This document shows, one piece after another, positions 17,300 through 28,800 of a stretch of DNA of 64,000 nt. The first letter of the stretch is position 1; each line of letters begins with the position of its first letter. Below the pieces are notes generated by a model. The model made no database searches. It was not told the origin of the DNA and worked only from the letters and a program-made list of their open reading frames with translations. This DNA comes from an uncultured bacterium. Its GTDB lineage: Bacteria > Eisenbacteria > RBG-16-71-46 > CAZAMP01. The position numbers were made by a program, and so were the translations under genes. The stretch covers positions 32,949 through 96,948 of the forward strand of contig CAZAMP010000006.1 in NCBI GenBank assembly GCA_964486455.1. The letters run 5' to 3'.

Positions 17300-18566
17300 T
17301 GGGCAGCCCTTTCTTTCCGATATCGCGGCGCATGTGAGAGCCGTCGAACTGAATGCGGGCGGCGGCCGCGTAGGCGACCTCCCTTGCCGCGTCGAGTGTC
17401 GGGGCGGTGGCCGTGACGGCCAGCACCCGCCCACCCGCCGTCACGAGCTGATCGTCGACGATGCGGGTGCCCGCGTGAAAGACGGTGACGCCGTCCTGCG
17501 CCTCGGCGTCGCCGACCCCCGTGATCGGAAGGCCGGTTTCATAGGATCCCGGATAGCCGCCTGAGGCGAGAACGACCGCCAGCGACGCATCTTGCCGCCA
17601 GGCGAGCGGACGATCGTCGAGGCGACCTTCCGCGCAGGCGAGTAGCAGCTCACCCAGATCTTCATCGAGAAGCGGAAGAAGCGGCTGCGTCTCCGGATCT
17701 CCGAAGCGGCAATTGAACTCGACGACGCGCGGACCGTCCCCCGTGGCCATCAATCCGGCGTAGAGGCACCCACGGTATGGGGCAGCTTCTTCGGCAAGCC
17801 CGCGGACCGTCGGGCGGAGGACCGTCTCGACGACCTCCCGAACGAATTCGGGGGCACCGTGCCGCCACGGCACGTACGCGCCCATTCCACCGGTGTTGGG
17901 TCCTTCATCACCGTCGTAGACCGCTTTGTGGTCCTGGGACGGCAGCATCGGCAGGACGCGCTCGCCGTCGCAGAGCGCGAACACCGACACCTCTTCCCCG
18001 CGGAGGAACTCCTCGATGAGAATCCGGTTTCCCGCTTCACCGAAGACATGCGCTTCGAGCATATCCCGGATCGCGCGGGTGGCGCTCTCCCGATCCTTAC
18101 AGACAACCGCTCCCTTGCCCGCCGCGAGGCCGTCTGCCTTCACGACCAAGGGGAAGTCCGCACCTTCCAGGTGCTTGACCGCGGTCATTGGATCGTCGAA
18201 CGCGACGAAGCCAGCGCTCGGAATAGCGTGCCGGTCCATGAATTCCCGGGCGAAGATCTTGCTGGATTCGATTCGCGCGGCCGCTTGGCAGGGACCGAAT
18301 GCCGGTATGCCCGCCGAAACCAGGCGGTCGCTCAGCCCGGCCGCGAGAGGTGCCTCCGGCCCGACCACGACGAGATCCACGCGGCGTTCACGAGCGAGCG
18401 TCACGACCGCATCCGAGTCGGACGCGCTTCCCGCAATGCACTCGCCCAGCTCCGCGAGCCCGGGGTTGCCGGGAAGCGACAGAATATCGCTCACGCTACG
18501 AGCACGCGCGAGCGCCCAGCCAATGGCGTGCTCGCGCCCCCCACCCCCAATGATGAGTACGCGCAT
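17280..18566 (-). CDS. purD: Phosphoribosylamine-glycine ligase
   Basis: MRVLIIGGGGREHAIGWALA... full-length ATP-grasp enzyme, 428 aa. Confidence 0.9.
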   Translation of the reverse strand: MRVLIIGGGGREHAIGWALARARSVSDILSLPGNPGLAELGECIAGSASDSDAVVTLARERRVDLVVVGPEAPLAAGLSDRLVSAGIPAFGPCQAAARIESSKIFAREFMDRHAIPSAGFVAFDDPMTAVKHLEGADFPLVVKADGLAAGKGAVVCKDRESATRAIRDMLEAHVFGEAGNRILIEEFLRGEEVSVFALCDGERVLPMLPSQDHKAVYDGDEGPNTGGMGAYVPWRHGAPEFVREVVETVLRPTVRGLAEEAAPYRGCLYAGLMATGDGPRVVEFNCRFGDPETQPLLPLLDEDLGELLLACAEGRLDDRPLAWRQDASLAVVLASGGYPGSYETGLPITGVGDAEAQDGVTVFHAGTRIVDDQLVTAGGRVLAVTATAPTLDAAREVAYAAAARIQFDGSHMRRDIGKKGLPNVRSSS

Positions 18567-18626
18567 GGTATCCCCCGAGAAAGGCGTAACCCTCAGGAAT
18601 CGCGGCGATTGTATGGCTGCGTCTGA

Positions 18627-19955
18627 TTAGGTGTCAAGCGAGGGGCCACCTGATGGTTCGTCGAGCGCGTCACCGACCTCGAGGATGTCACTGACGGGAG
18701 AAGACAGGCGGACCGCGCGGACCTCGCCGGAGAGAAGATGGCGGGCACGATCGAGCGCCGAACCGAGCGATCCGAGAGGCTCGGCGCCCGTGCCTTCCAG
18801 CACGGACGGGTCCAGCTCGCTCACGAGCAGCAATCGGAAGCGCTCGGTGTGTCGCCGAAACGAGAGCGCCGTGTGCGAGTTCAAGCTGTACGCCGAGCGT
18901 AGCGCCGATTCAATCGAAACGCTGTCGGGGTGGGCAAACCACTGCAGCATCGTCTTCGATCCAACACCTTCCGCGCACCTGGCCGCGAGAATCGCGACGC
19001 CTCCGTCCCTCACCGCCGGGGAAAGATGCACGAGCGCCTTGTGTGCCTGTACGAGATCGATGTCCTTCGGGCTTCCGCCCGCGTCGGCGACAACGAGATC
19101 GGCGGGCGCCGGGATCCGGACCCGATGTCGGGCGAGGTAGCGGCGGCAACCCACCTCGTGCGCCTCGCCGAGGTCACCGGCCACCAGTCCGTCGATGCGG
19201 TGGTCCGGCGACAGGTAGGCGTTCAAGACGAAGACGGGGACCGATAGTCGCCCCACGGCATCGAGCATGTCCATGTGGACCGGGTTGCCGTCGAGATTCC
19301 CGGGCCGGCAGGCCGGGTTGAGGCCATGCCCTTCGGTTTCGTGAAGCACGAGGCGGTGATTGAGGCGAATCCCTTCGTACGAAGCGAGTCCCGGAAATAT
19401 CGCCTTGCGACCGCCGGAGAACCCGGCGAAGTAGTGGAAGCCGATCGCGCCGACGGCGATGGCGACGTCTTGCTCCTGAAAGCGGCGGTTCACGACGACG
19501 GGCGTGCCGGCCGCCGTCTCGGCGATCATCTCCAGCTCGTCATCATTGGTTGCATCGTGCGCCGCGCAGGAGAGCGAACCCGCCCATGCCTCCGGGACCA
19601 GCGAGCGCAGTCGGCCCAAGGGGTCGGGAGCGTGCGTGCCCCCCCCGGCCAGCAACGTCACGCGGAACCGGGCGGGGCCGCCCGCGTCGAGCAGGAAGCG
19701 GAACAGCGCCGGCAGGAGGTGATCAAGACCCGCGGGACGCGTCCGATCCGGGATCACGATGGCGATCCGCCTCGCACCCGCCAGTCGGGCATCCAAACCC
19801 GCGCCCGTCGTCGGATGGAGGAGCAGATCTTCAACCGCCGCATCTTCATCGGGCTCGGCGTCGAAGGGAACGCGCGTCGGTGGCGGCATCCAGTCGACCC
19901 CGGACGGGGACGTCGCCTCCACCCACCCGTCGCCATAACGCGCGCGCACCTTCAC
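18627..19955 (-). CDS. LarA-like (DUF2088, lactate-racemase N-terminal domain) family protein
   Basis: N-terminal MKVRARYGDGWVEA... and IAIVIPDRTRP region resemble the LarA family. 442 aa. Sits between gatB and purD with a 5-bp gap to gatB. Family assignment is from memory of motifs only. Confidence 0.5.
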   Translation of the reverse strand: MKVRARYGDGWVEATSPSGVDWMPPPTRVPFDAEPDEDAAVEDLLLHPTTGAGLDARLAGARRIAIVIPDRTRPAGLDHLLPALFRFLLDAGGPARFRVTLLAGGGTHAPDPLGRLRSLVPEAWAGSLSCAAHDATNDDELEMIAETAAGTPVVVNRRFQEQDVAIAVGAIGFHYFAGFSGGRKAIFPGLASYEGIRLNHRLVLHETEGHGLNPACRPGNLDGNPVHMDMLDAVGRLSVPVFVLNAYLSPDHRIDGLVAGDLGEAHEVGCRRYLARHRVRIPAPADLVVADAGGSPKDIDLVQAHKALVHLSPAVRDGGVAILAARCAEGVGSKTMLQWFAHPDSVSIESALRSAYSLNSHTALSFRRHTERFRLLLVSELDPSVLEGTGAEPLGSLGSALDRARHLLSGEVRAVRLSSPVSDILEVGDALDEPSGGPSLDT

Positions 19956-19959
19956 CTCT

Positions 19960-21411
19960 CTAGTCCCTCCCTCGGCGGTCCAACAGCTCGCGCGTCACGC
20001 GCCGCCCGACGTCCGGATCGAGCCGGCCACCGGCCAACCGCATCACCTGACCGAAGATGAACTCGAACGCCGGCGCCTTGCCGGCCAGATACTCCGAGAC
20101 CGCCGCCGGGCTCTCCTCGATCGCGCGCTCCGCGATGGGCCGAATGGCATCGGGATCCGAGAGCATCCGCTCCCCGCTGCGCCGCAGGACCGCGTCAGCC
20201 GGCTCGCCCAGTCGCACCATCTCGGCGAAGACCGACTTCGCCATGGTGCGGCTGATCTCGTGTTCCGAGACGCGCGAGAGTAGCCCGCCGAGCGCCTCGG
20301 GTGAGACGGGTGCCTCCGTCGGCGTCGCTCCCGTCTCATGGAGAACGTGAAGCAGCTCGCCATGGACCCAGTTCGCGGCGAGCGTCGCGTCGCCCGCCAC
20401 TCGCGCGGCACGCTCGAAGTAGTCCGCCAGGCCGGAGGTTGCCGTCAGACGCTCCGCATCCTCATGACGGATCCCATACTGCGAGATGAGTCGCGCGCGC
20501 CTTGCCGCCGGGAGCTCCGGCATCGACGCGCGGATTCGTGATGACCCCTCCGCATCCATGACGAGCGGCGGTAGGTCCGGCTCCGGGAAATAGCGATAGT
20601 CCTGCAATCCCTCTTTGCCTCTCATCGGGCGCGTCCGGCTCGCTGCAGCGTCCCAAAGCCGGGTCTCGTGTCGAACGTGTTCTCCCCGGCCGAGAATACC
20701 TGCCTGCCGGGCGATCTCGAACGTCAGTCCACGCGCGACGTTTCGAAACGAATTGAGGTTCTTGAGCTCCGTCTTGGTCCCCAAGCTCTTGGATCCTTCC
20801 ATCCCGACGGAGACGTTGGCGTCGCAGCGGAGGTTTCCCTCCTCCATGTTCCCAGCGCACACGCCAAGATACTCGACGAGCTGCTTCAGCGCCGCAAGCG
20901 CCGCGTGCGCTTCGTCCGGGGATCGAAGGTCGGGCTCCGTCACGATTTCGGCGAGCGGTATGCCCGCCCGATTGTAGTCCACACGACTGATCGACACGTT
21001 GCCTCGCGCTCCATGGAGCAACCGGCCGGCGTCCTCTTCGAGATGGATGCGCCGAATGCGAACGTCGCGTCGCTTCCCATCCGCGTCGATCACCACCGAG
21101 CCGCCGGTCGAAAGGGGCTCGTCGTATTGGGTGATCTGGTATCCCTTGGGAAGATCAGGGTAGAAGTAGCTCTTCCTTGCGAAACGGCTTCGCTCGTGGA
21201 GGGTCCCTCCAACAGCGTGGGCGAGAAGCGTCGCCAGCTCGACGGCTCGCCGGTTGACGACGGGAAGCACACCGGGATGGCCGAGGCAAACGGGACATAC
21301 GTTGGAGTTCGGTGGGGCGTCAAAGCGCGTGGCGCAGGCGCAGAAGAGCTTCGATCGGGTCGTGAGCTGCACGTGCAGCTCAAGGCCGATGAACGCCTCA
21401 ACCCGCGTCAC
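19960..21411 (-). CDS. gatB: Asp-tRNA(Asn)/Glu-tRNA(Gln) amidotransferase subunit B
   Basis: [26 protein letters not shown]... typical GatB. 483 aa. Confidence 0.92.
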   Translation of the reverse strand: MTRVEAFIGLELHVQLTTRSKLFCACATRFDAPPNSNVCPVCLGHPGVLPVVNRRAVELATLLAHAVGGTLHERSRFARKSYFYPDLPKGYQITQYDEPLSTGGSVVIDADGKRRDVRIRRIHLEEDAGRLLHGARGNVSISRVDYNRAGIPLAEIVTEPDLRSPDEAHAALAALKQLVEYLGVCAGNMEEGNLRCDANVSVGMEGSKSLGTKTELKNLNSFRNVARGLTFEIARQAGILGRGEHVRHETRLWDAAASRTRPMRGKEGLQDYRYFPEPDLPPLVMDAEGSSRIRASMPELPAARRARLISQYGIRHEDAERLTATSGLADYFERAARVAGDATLAANWVHGELLHVLHETGATPTEAPVSPEALGGLLSRVSEHEISRTMAKSVFAEMVRLGEPADAVLRRSGERMLSDPDAIRPIAERAIEESPAAVSEYLAGKAPAFEFIFGQVMRLAGGRLDPDVGRRVTRELLDRRGRD

Positions 21412-22903
21412 GCTCCCCCCTCTCGTCCATCCGGTTCGGCGAACGGCGATGCTCGCCGGTCTCGTCGAGAATGCACGAGGCGATCCTCAGGATCGTCTCC
21501 TCGCCATCGTCCGCTCCGAGAAGCTGAAGACCGATCGGCAATCCGTCGCTCGACAGCCCCGCGGGAAACGAGAGCGCCGGATAACCGGTGAGGTTCGCAC
21601 TGATCGTAAAGACATCTGAAAGGTACATCGCCAGTGGATCATCGATGCGTTCGCCGATTCGGAAGGCCGTCGTCGGCGAGGTCGGCAGAAGAACCACATC
21701 GACCGCGTCGAAAGCACGATCGATGTCGTCACGGATCAGTGCCCGGGCCCCCAGTGCCCGCCGATAGACCGCCTCGTGATAGCCCGCGCTCAATGCGTAC
21801 GTCCCCAGGAGGATGCGCCGCTTGACCTCGAGACCGAACCCGGCGCGACGGACGGCGGATATCGCGTCGACGAAGTCCGTTCCCTCTGCGCGTGGCCCGT
21901 ATCGAATCCCGTCGTAGCGGGCCAGATTGGCGGACGCCTCGGCGCTCGCCAAGACATAGTAGGCGGCAACGGCGAGCCCGGGGTCCATGATGTCGATTTC
22001 GACGGTCCGCGCACCCAACGCCTCCGCGCACTCCCCGACCGCTTCCAAACAGTGGATGACATCCGCGTCGCATCCCGATCGGAGAAGACGCCTCGGGAGA
22101 CCGATCGTGCGTCCTCGAAGTGGCGTGGGCGACGTGCCGCTTTCACATGGCGCCTCGGGTCGGCGCGGCGTATCGCATCGGGAGGTCGCGTCGAGCGGAT
22201 CGTGACCACAGACCACACGCGAGACCAGCTCCAGGTCGTCGGGGGTACGGGCGAACCAGCCGATCTGGTCCAGTGACGACGCGAACGCGACGAGTCCGTT
22301 TCGCGAGACCGCTCCGTAGCGAGGCTTGAACGCCGGCACGCCGCAGAAACCGCCCGGCTGACGAACGGACCCGCCGGTGTCGGAACCGAGCGCGATGGGC
22401 GCCATCCCAGCAGCCACGGCGGCGGCCGATCCTCCGCTGGAACCGCCCGGCACTCGCTCGCGATCCCACGGGTTTCGCGTTACACCGAATGCGGAGGTCT
22501 CGGTCGATGAGCCCATGCCGAACTCATCCAGATTCGTCTTTCCGATGACGACGGCGCCGGCCGCCTTGAGGCGTTTGATCGCGGTTGCGTCGTAGTGGGG
22601 AACGTGCTGTGCAAGCATCTTGGACGCGCACGTCGTTCGGATGCCGGCCGTGCAGATGTTGTCTTTGACCGCGATGGGGACACCCGCGAGCGGACCGGGG
22701 TCACCTCCGCGCGCCACGCGCCTGTCGACGTGCGCCGCGGCCTCGCGGGCCGAATCGCCCGCGACACTGATGAACGCGCCTATGGCGTCGTCGCGTGCCG
22801 CGATGCGCGAAAGATGCGCGGCGATGACATCCGAGGCGGTGGTCCTACCCGATCGTACCCATGCCGCGATCTCCGTCCCGGAGAGTCCGCAGAGGTCATT
22901 CAA
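21398..22903 (-). CDS. gatA: Glutamyl-tRNA(Gln) amidotransferase subunit A (amidase signature family)
   Basis: Amidase signature region ([14 protein letters not shown]). 501 aa. Start overlaps gatC. Confidence 0.9.
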   Translation of the reverse strand: MNDLCGLSGTEIAAWVRSGRTTASDVIAAHLSRIAARDDAIGAFISVAGDSAREAAAHVDRRVARGGDPGPLAGVPIAVKDNICTAGIRTTCASKMLAQHVPHYDATAIKRLKAAGAVVIGKTNLDEFGMGSSTETSAFGVTRNPWDRERVPGGSSGGSAAAVAAGMAPIALGSDTGGSVRQPGGFCGVPAFKPRYGAVSRNGLVAFASSLDQIGWFARTPDDLELVSRVVCGHDPLDATSRCDTPRRPEAPCESGTSPTPLRGRTIGLPRRLLRSGCDADVIHCLEAVGECAEALGARTVEIDIMDPGLAVAAYYVLASAEASANLARYDGIRYGPRAEGTDFVDAISAVRRAGFGLEVKRRILLGTYALSAGYHEAVYRRALGARALIRDDIDRAFDAVDVVLLPTSPTTAFRIGERIDDPLAMYLSDVFTISANLTGYPALSFPAGLSSDGLPIGLQLLGADDGEETILRIASCILDETGEHRRSPNRMDERGERDAG

Positions 22904-23214
22904 GCCGAGTCCTCGTCTCCGGCAACCCGAGGAGCGCTGAAGTGTCCGTCGCGCGCGCCGGACGTTTCTCGAAGCGCCTCATCCGGCGAGAGGCCCGCGA
23001 TCACATCATCCTCGCGTAGCGTCATGGCGCGTTCGCCCGCGGGATCTCGCGCGCGGTCGATCGAACCGCCCGCACTCTCGAGACAGGTCATGTACTCCAG
23101 AATCGCCCCGAGATCGGAGCGCAGGCGTTCGATCTCGTCGTCGGACGCATCGATCCGCGCGAGCGTTAACACGTGACGAACGGCTTCTTCGTCCAGGCTC
23201 ACATTAGCCCGCAT
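22900..23214 (-). CDS. gatC: Glutamyl-tRNA(Gln) amidotransferase subunit C
   Basis: About 100-aa protein (SLDEEAVRHVLTLARIDASDDEIERLRSDLGAILEYM) immediately upstream of gatA. Confidence 0.8.
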   Translation of the reverse strand: MRANVSLDEEAVRHVLTLARIDASDDEIERLRSDLGAILEYMTCLESAGGSIDRARDPAGERAMTLREDDVIAGLSPDEALRETSGARDGHFSAPRVAGDEDSA

Positions 23215-23384
23215 TCTTCACCAGCTCCCTACTGAGGCTGCGAAGGCGCCGGCATCTCCAAGACGTCCTCATTTCGGTCTCCTCGACATACCGTCTGGTA
23301 TGCCTGCGTCATCCTCCACTCCGTGCGCCTTGAATCTACACGCGCTTTCGCACCCTCGTAACGGGACCTGGTGAGACGTGTGGG

Positions 23385-25598
23385 CTACCCCTCCAGATCC
23401 AGGTAGCGCGCGACGATCTTCCGCGTGACCTGTCCGGCGAATCGCACGGAGCACTTCGCGTTGTCGCCGGCACCATCCTGTGCCAAGACGACGCCGCGAC
23501 CGAACTTGGGATGTCGCACGACACGGCCGAGATATGTCGCGCCGCGATCCGCGTCGACGTCGATGGTCGGCTCCTCCCAGTCGAGGCCGGCATCAGGACC
23601 GGCGTCCTCCGGAAGACCCGTTTTGCGGACGAGCGGCCGCTTGAAGAAACGGCCGCTTTGGAGGCCGAGTCCCCAGGGATCCCGCTTGTCGAGGAGCTTG
23701 TCGGGGATCTCATCCACGAAACGAGAGAGCCGTGTGGCCATCTCGAGTCGGTTGAGACGCCGGCGATCGAGAGATCCGCTCAAATGGCATCGGCGCTGCG
23801 CGCGCGTGAGCGCCACGTAGAACAATCGCCGCTCTTCCTCCAGCTCCGCGACATCGTCCAGCGACGACGCGTGCGGGAAGAGGCCTTCGACAAGGCCCGA
23901 AACGAAGACCTCATCGAATTCGAGTCCCTTAGCGTTGTGGGTCGTCATCAAAGTAACGGCCTCCTCGCCGGGATCCCAGGCGTCGATGTCGGTCCTGAGC
24001 GAGACCTCGCCCAGATAGGGCTTGAATCCCGGTGTCTCGCTTCGAATCGAGAAGTAGCGAGCACCGGAAACGAGCTCGTCCAGGTTCTCGCGGGTGGATT
24101 GCGCTTCCGGCCCGCCGTCGATCAATCCAGCCCAGATGCCGCTCTCCCTGATGACGTGTTCGATGGTCTCTTCGACGGGCTGTTCTTCCATGGCTTGGAC
24201 CGAGCGGATCAGAGCACCGAAGGTCGCGAGTGACTCGGCGGCGCTTAGGGAGAGGGTGTCGATCGACCGCGCCTCGCAGGCCGCGCGAACCAGATCGCCG
24301 CCGTAGGTCGCCCCCGCGTCAACGAACCGGGCGAGCGAAACCTTCCCTATTCCTCGCCGCGGAACCTGGACGGCGCGCTCGAAACTCACCGCGTCCCGCG
24401 GATTCGCGGCCAGACGCAGATACGCGAGCACGTTCTTCACTTCCTTGCGTTGAAAGAAGTGAACACTGCCGACCAGCCGATACGGCACCCCATGCCGGAT
24501 GCAGACTTCCTCGAACGGTCGCGATTGGGCGTTCGTCCGATAGAGCACGGCGAATTGCCACCAGCGCGCGCCGTCTTCCGCCTTCGCGGTGAGCATCCTC
24601 CTGACCACGTCCTCCGCCTCACGCTCCTCATCCGGCGCGATCATCAGCGTGAGCTTCTCTCCCTCGTCGTTCTCGGTCCAGAGCTCCTTGGGCTTTCGGC
24701 CGTTGTTGAACGAAACGACCGCGTTGGCGGCGGCCAGGATGCGCTTGGTGGATCGGTAGTTCTGAACCAGACGAAGAACCTTCGCTTCGGGAAAGTGCTT
24801 CTCGAAATCGAGGATGTTGCGGATGTCCGCTCCACGCCAGCCGTAGATCGACTGATCGTCGTCCCCCACCACGGTGAGGTTCCGATGCTTCGATGCCAGG
24901 AGGCGCGTGATCTCGAACTGAACGAGATTGGTGTCTTGGTACTCGTCGACGAGCACGTAGCGGAACCGATCCGCCAATCGGTCGCGCACATCGGGGGAAT
25001 CCTCCAGAAGCCGAAGGGCCCGCAGCAGCAAGTCGTCGAAGTCGAGCGCGCCGAAATCGCCAAGGGCCTTCTCGTACTCGGCGTAGATGTCCGCCACCAG
25101 TTCCGCGTGCCGGGATGCCGCCGCGTCCCGCATCGCGGAGGCGGGCGTTCGCGAGCTCTTCGCCGTCGAGATACGCTCCAGGATCGACCGAGGGCGAAAC
25201 TCCTGCTCGGTCAGATGGCGGCTCTTGATGGCCCTCTTCACCACCCGCAGGGAATCGTCGCGATCGAATATCGAGAAGTCGCGGTCGATCCCGGCGGCGC
25301 CCGCGTACCGTCGCAGCATACGCACGCAGGTGGCGTGAAACGTCCCCGCCCACAGCCCGGCCGGCTGCCCCGAAAGGAGGCGCCCGATTCGCTCTCGCAT
25401 CTCCTCGGCGGCCCTGTTTGTAAATGTAAACGCCAGAATGTGTTCCGGCGCTATGTTCTTATTCTGGATAAGGTGCGCGACCTTGTGGGTCAGGACCCGT
25501 GTCTTCCCGCTCCCGGCACCGGCGAGAATGAGTACGGGACCGTCGGTCGCTTCGACGGCTTCGCGCTGAACCAGGTTGAGCTCTTCAAGGTGTCGCAT
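23385..25598 (-). CDS. uvrD: ATP-dependent DNA helicase UvrD/PcrA
   Basis: N-terminal LNLVQREAV...ILAGAGSGKTRVLTHKVAHLI (Walker A) and full SF1 helicase length (737 aa). Confidence 0.9.
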   Translation of the reverse strand: MRHLEELNLVQREAVEATDGPVLILAGAGSGKTRVLTHKVAHLIQNKNIAPEHILAFTFTNRAAEEMRERIGRLLSGQPAGLWAGTFHATCVRMLRRYAGAAGIDRDFSIFDRDDSLRVVKRAIKSRHLTEQEFRPRSILERISTAKSSRTPASAMRDAAASRHAELVADIYAEYEKALGDFGALDFDDLLLRALRLLEDSPDVRDRLADRFRYVLVDEYQDTNLVQFEITRLLASKHRNLTVVGDDDQSIYGWRGADIRNILDFEKHFPEAKVLRLVQNYRSTKRILAAANAVVSFNNGRKPKELWTENDEGEKLTLMIAPDEEREAEDVVRRMLTAKAEDGARWWQFAVLYRTNAQSRPFEEVCIRHGVPYRLVGSVHFFQRKEVKNVLAYLRLAANPRDAVSFERAVQVPRRGIGKVSLARFVDAGATYGGDLVRAACEARSIDTLSLSAAESLATFGALIRSVQAMEEQPVEETIEHVIRESGIWAGLIDGGPEAQSTRENLDELVSGARYFSIRSETPGFKPYLGEVSLRTDIDAWDPGEEAVTLMTTHNAKGLEFDEVFVSGLVEGLFPHASSLDDVAELEEERRLFYVALTRAQRRCHLSGSLDRRRLNRLEMATRLSRFVDEIPDKLLDKRDPWGLGLQSGRFFKRPLVRKTGLPEDAGPDAGLDWEEPTIDVDADRGATYLGRVVRHPKFGRGVVLAQDGAGDNAKCSVRFAGQVTRKIVARYLDLEG

Positions 25599-25883
25599 GT
25601 CAGGCCTCGATTCCTCGGGGATCTATCCGATGGCTCCGGTCGCCCGCGCAATGCGCGCCCGTCGCCACGGAAAGGCTTGCCAAATCAAACATGAGGGTTG
25701 GCTGTTTCTCGACCCTGGGCCCGGTCCTCGTCCAGCGGAATCGGACGCGCACCATCTGCTCCCGTACTCGCCCTCGCCAATGTTCACATGGGGTTGGCTA
25801 TGCTCCGCTTGGCTCGGGCTCCGTGCGGTCCCACCTGACGCCCTCTCCCGCCTTTTCTCTCGCGGATTTCCGACAGATTGAGA

Positions 25884-28800
25884 CTAGTATTCGAACTTGA
25901 GACGGAAATCCAGGTTGTAGCGCTCTCCGACCTCGCCGGTATTGCCCAGCTGTTCCCGAATCACACTACCCCTCAGAAAGAAGATGTTGGAGAGTCGCGC
26001 TTCAAGCGAGAGCTCCTGATCCGGGGAAAGAGAGACCTCTGTCGTGTAACCGATGGTGAGCTCATCGGTCAAGACCTTCACGAGATAGACTTGAGGGGTT
26101 TCTTCCCGCGTGCGGACTTCCACGCGTTCCACTCCCGGAACCAGCCCGGCGATTTCCTGAACGAACAGGTCCATCACGAACTCAGTCGTCGGGGCGGTCC
26201 ACTGGGCGGCGCCCGATTCCGCGCCGCTTCCGGCCGCGTAGCGTCCATAGGCCAAATAGCTCAGGATCTCGTCCTGGGAAAGCTCGAGCGCCATCGGCTC
26301 GGTCGACCAGTTGAACGTCGGACTCTGAAGGTTCCCGCCGATCGTCAGGATGATCCGAGCGTCCGCACCCTCATAGCCCCGCTCGCGGGCGTAGGGCCCA
26401 CTGATGGGGGTCTCGGCGACGATATCGAGATCGGGATTGACGCCGGGGACCTGTGGGAAGGTGAGGACGCCATGCGTGATGCGAAAGCGATTGTTGAGCA
26501 CCGTCCACGTTCCCTCCAGGATCTGCAGAGATCCACCGACCAGCAAGTCTTCCGGGTAGTTCCGTACGGTCAAATCTCCATCGCCGATCACGAAGTTCGT
26601 CGAGGTCTGCACGTCACTGGTGCGCACGTTGATTCGTCCGACGTCCAGGGTGACGTCATAGAGCGCGTCGCGTTCCTCTGGGCCGCGCTCGGGTCGAGAA
26701 GTTCCCCACCCGTAGATCTCGCCAAACTTGAAATCGAGAAGACCGTCTATTCGGGGCATCGTTTGCCCGACCGTCACGGAGTCGGGACTCACATTGAGAT
26801 TGCCGTCGACCACGCCCGTGATGATCCCACCTTCGAAGAATCGGCAGTCCTTGAGCGAAACCTGGAAGCGGTACTCCGCGGATCCCTCCCAATGTCCGGT
26901 GCATCGGATCTTTCCCGACGACGATCCCCGCTGATCGGCCGTGAACTCCGTCAGCAGGATTCCCCGTTCTCGGAGATGTAGCCTGGCCACTGCGTTCTGG
27001 AAGGTTTCGTGCCGCCCCGCCCAGCGGAACTCGCCGTCGTTGAGCGTGAAATCGCCGATCAGCACGGGGTCGCTCGGCGTCCCGCTGACACCGCCCCGCC
27101 CCGTGAAGCGGCCGGACGTCACGATGAAGTCGGGGATCATCGCGCTGAGGAGCGACAGCGGCGTCTCGGCGAGGTCGACGCTGAACTGCATCTCTTTTTC
27201 GATCGGCTCGATCGCCGGCTCGCCGATCTCGACACGGCAGGGGAAAAGCCCGGTCACCTGCGCGACATGACCTTCCGCCACAGCGTCGCAGCGGCTCAGC
27301 GTGAGCAGCGAGTCGCGGTAGACAGCTTCCAGCTCCAGTCGATCGAGCTCCTGGCCTCGGATCTTCACCGAGTCCGCGAACGCGTCGAGACGGACCTCAG
27401 GTCGGTCGAGACTGCCCACGACCTTGAGTGTTGCGGAGAGTCGCCCGCCAAGAGATTCCAGGAAATCCTGAGATTCGGCGAAACGAGCCTCCGGCAGAAT
27501 GGCCGTGCGCTCGTCCTCCGGCTGCTCGTCGCCGTGATTCAACAGAGCACGGATCTTCTGCGCGAGTCCCATGTCGAGCGCTTGGGCCTCTAGATCGAGC
27601 TCGACCCTGCGGTTCGATTCGACAAAGCCGGCCCATCCACCCGGAGCCGTGAGTGTCTTGAGCGGACTATCAGCCCCGGACACCCTCGCCACGACATCGG
27701 TCGATCCAGGTCCGATGTCGAGCCTGAGCTCGGACAGAACGATGGAATCGCCTCCTGCGGCGACGTGAACACGTAGGGAATCGGCGGTGATGTCGCCGAG
27801 CCGCACGCCCCTGACATGCCCGCTCCCGACGAGCCACGGCCACTCAGGGTGGTCTTGGTACTCGACGTCGACGTCGCAGATCGCACCGGTGGGAACATCG
27901 TCCAGAGGAAGCGAGATCAGATCGAAGATCGGAATCTCTTCTCCAATGAGCCGCCATTGGGGGAGCTTTCCGCCGGGGTCGGTGTCGAGCGACACGTCGA
28001 GGCGTCCACCGGCGAGCAGAAACGAGCCCGGCCCCATCGTCGCAAGTCCGTCATCCCGGCGCGCCACGGGCATCGGAGCCTGAAGCGTGATCGGACCGAT
28101 GGGGAGTTCGGCTTCCAGTGTTTCGATCCGGCCGCGCGTCCACGGTGGGTCGGCCCAGATCGTTCCCGATGCGACGATCGCAGTGTCACCGCCGGTGGCT
28201 GTGAATCGATCGACGGCAAGCGTATCGTCGAACGTCCCGGTCACGTGCATCGTCGCGAAGCGGCGACCGGAAAACACTGCCTCTTCCCCCGTCGCGCTCA
28301 GGCTGATGCTGAAAGGATCCAACACGCCGGAGAGCGTGTCGACCTCGATTCGCGCGACGTCGAGATCACCGACGGATAGATCTTTGATTCGGCCGATGCC
28401 TGTGAAATCGGGCGACAGAATGTCTCCTTCGATCTGAGCGTCAATTTCGGCGAGCCCGGCGAGATCATTGACACCGTGAAGCGAGACGAATCGCTCGATC
28501 GGTACGGCCTTCCCGGTCACGCTCGCTTCGACGTGCTTCTCAGGGAGGATCTCCGCCTTCCCATAGACCACGCCGCCACCCAAGAACGCGACGCTGTCGT
28601 GAACGCGGACGATGTCGCCGGGGATGAGGGTGATCAAGGTGAACAAACTGTCGAAGGGGACCGTCGCGTAGGTCGACGGTCCAAGCTCGCCCCGGATCAC
28701 CATGCTCGGAAACAGCCTCTCGTAGTCGTTGCCTTCCAGACGAATGCGACCGCTGATGCGGTGTGGATGAAGGGCGACCAGCTCCTCGTGGACGGGAACA

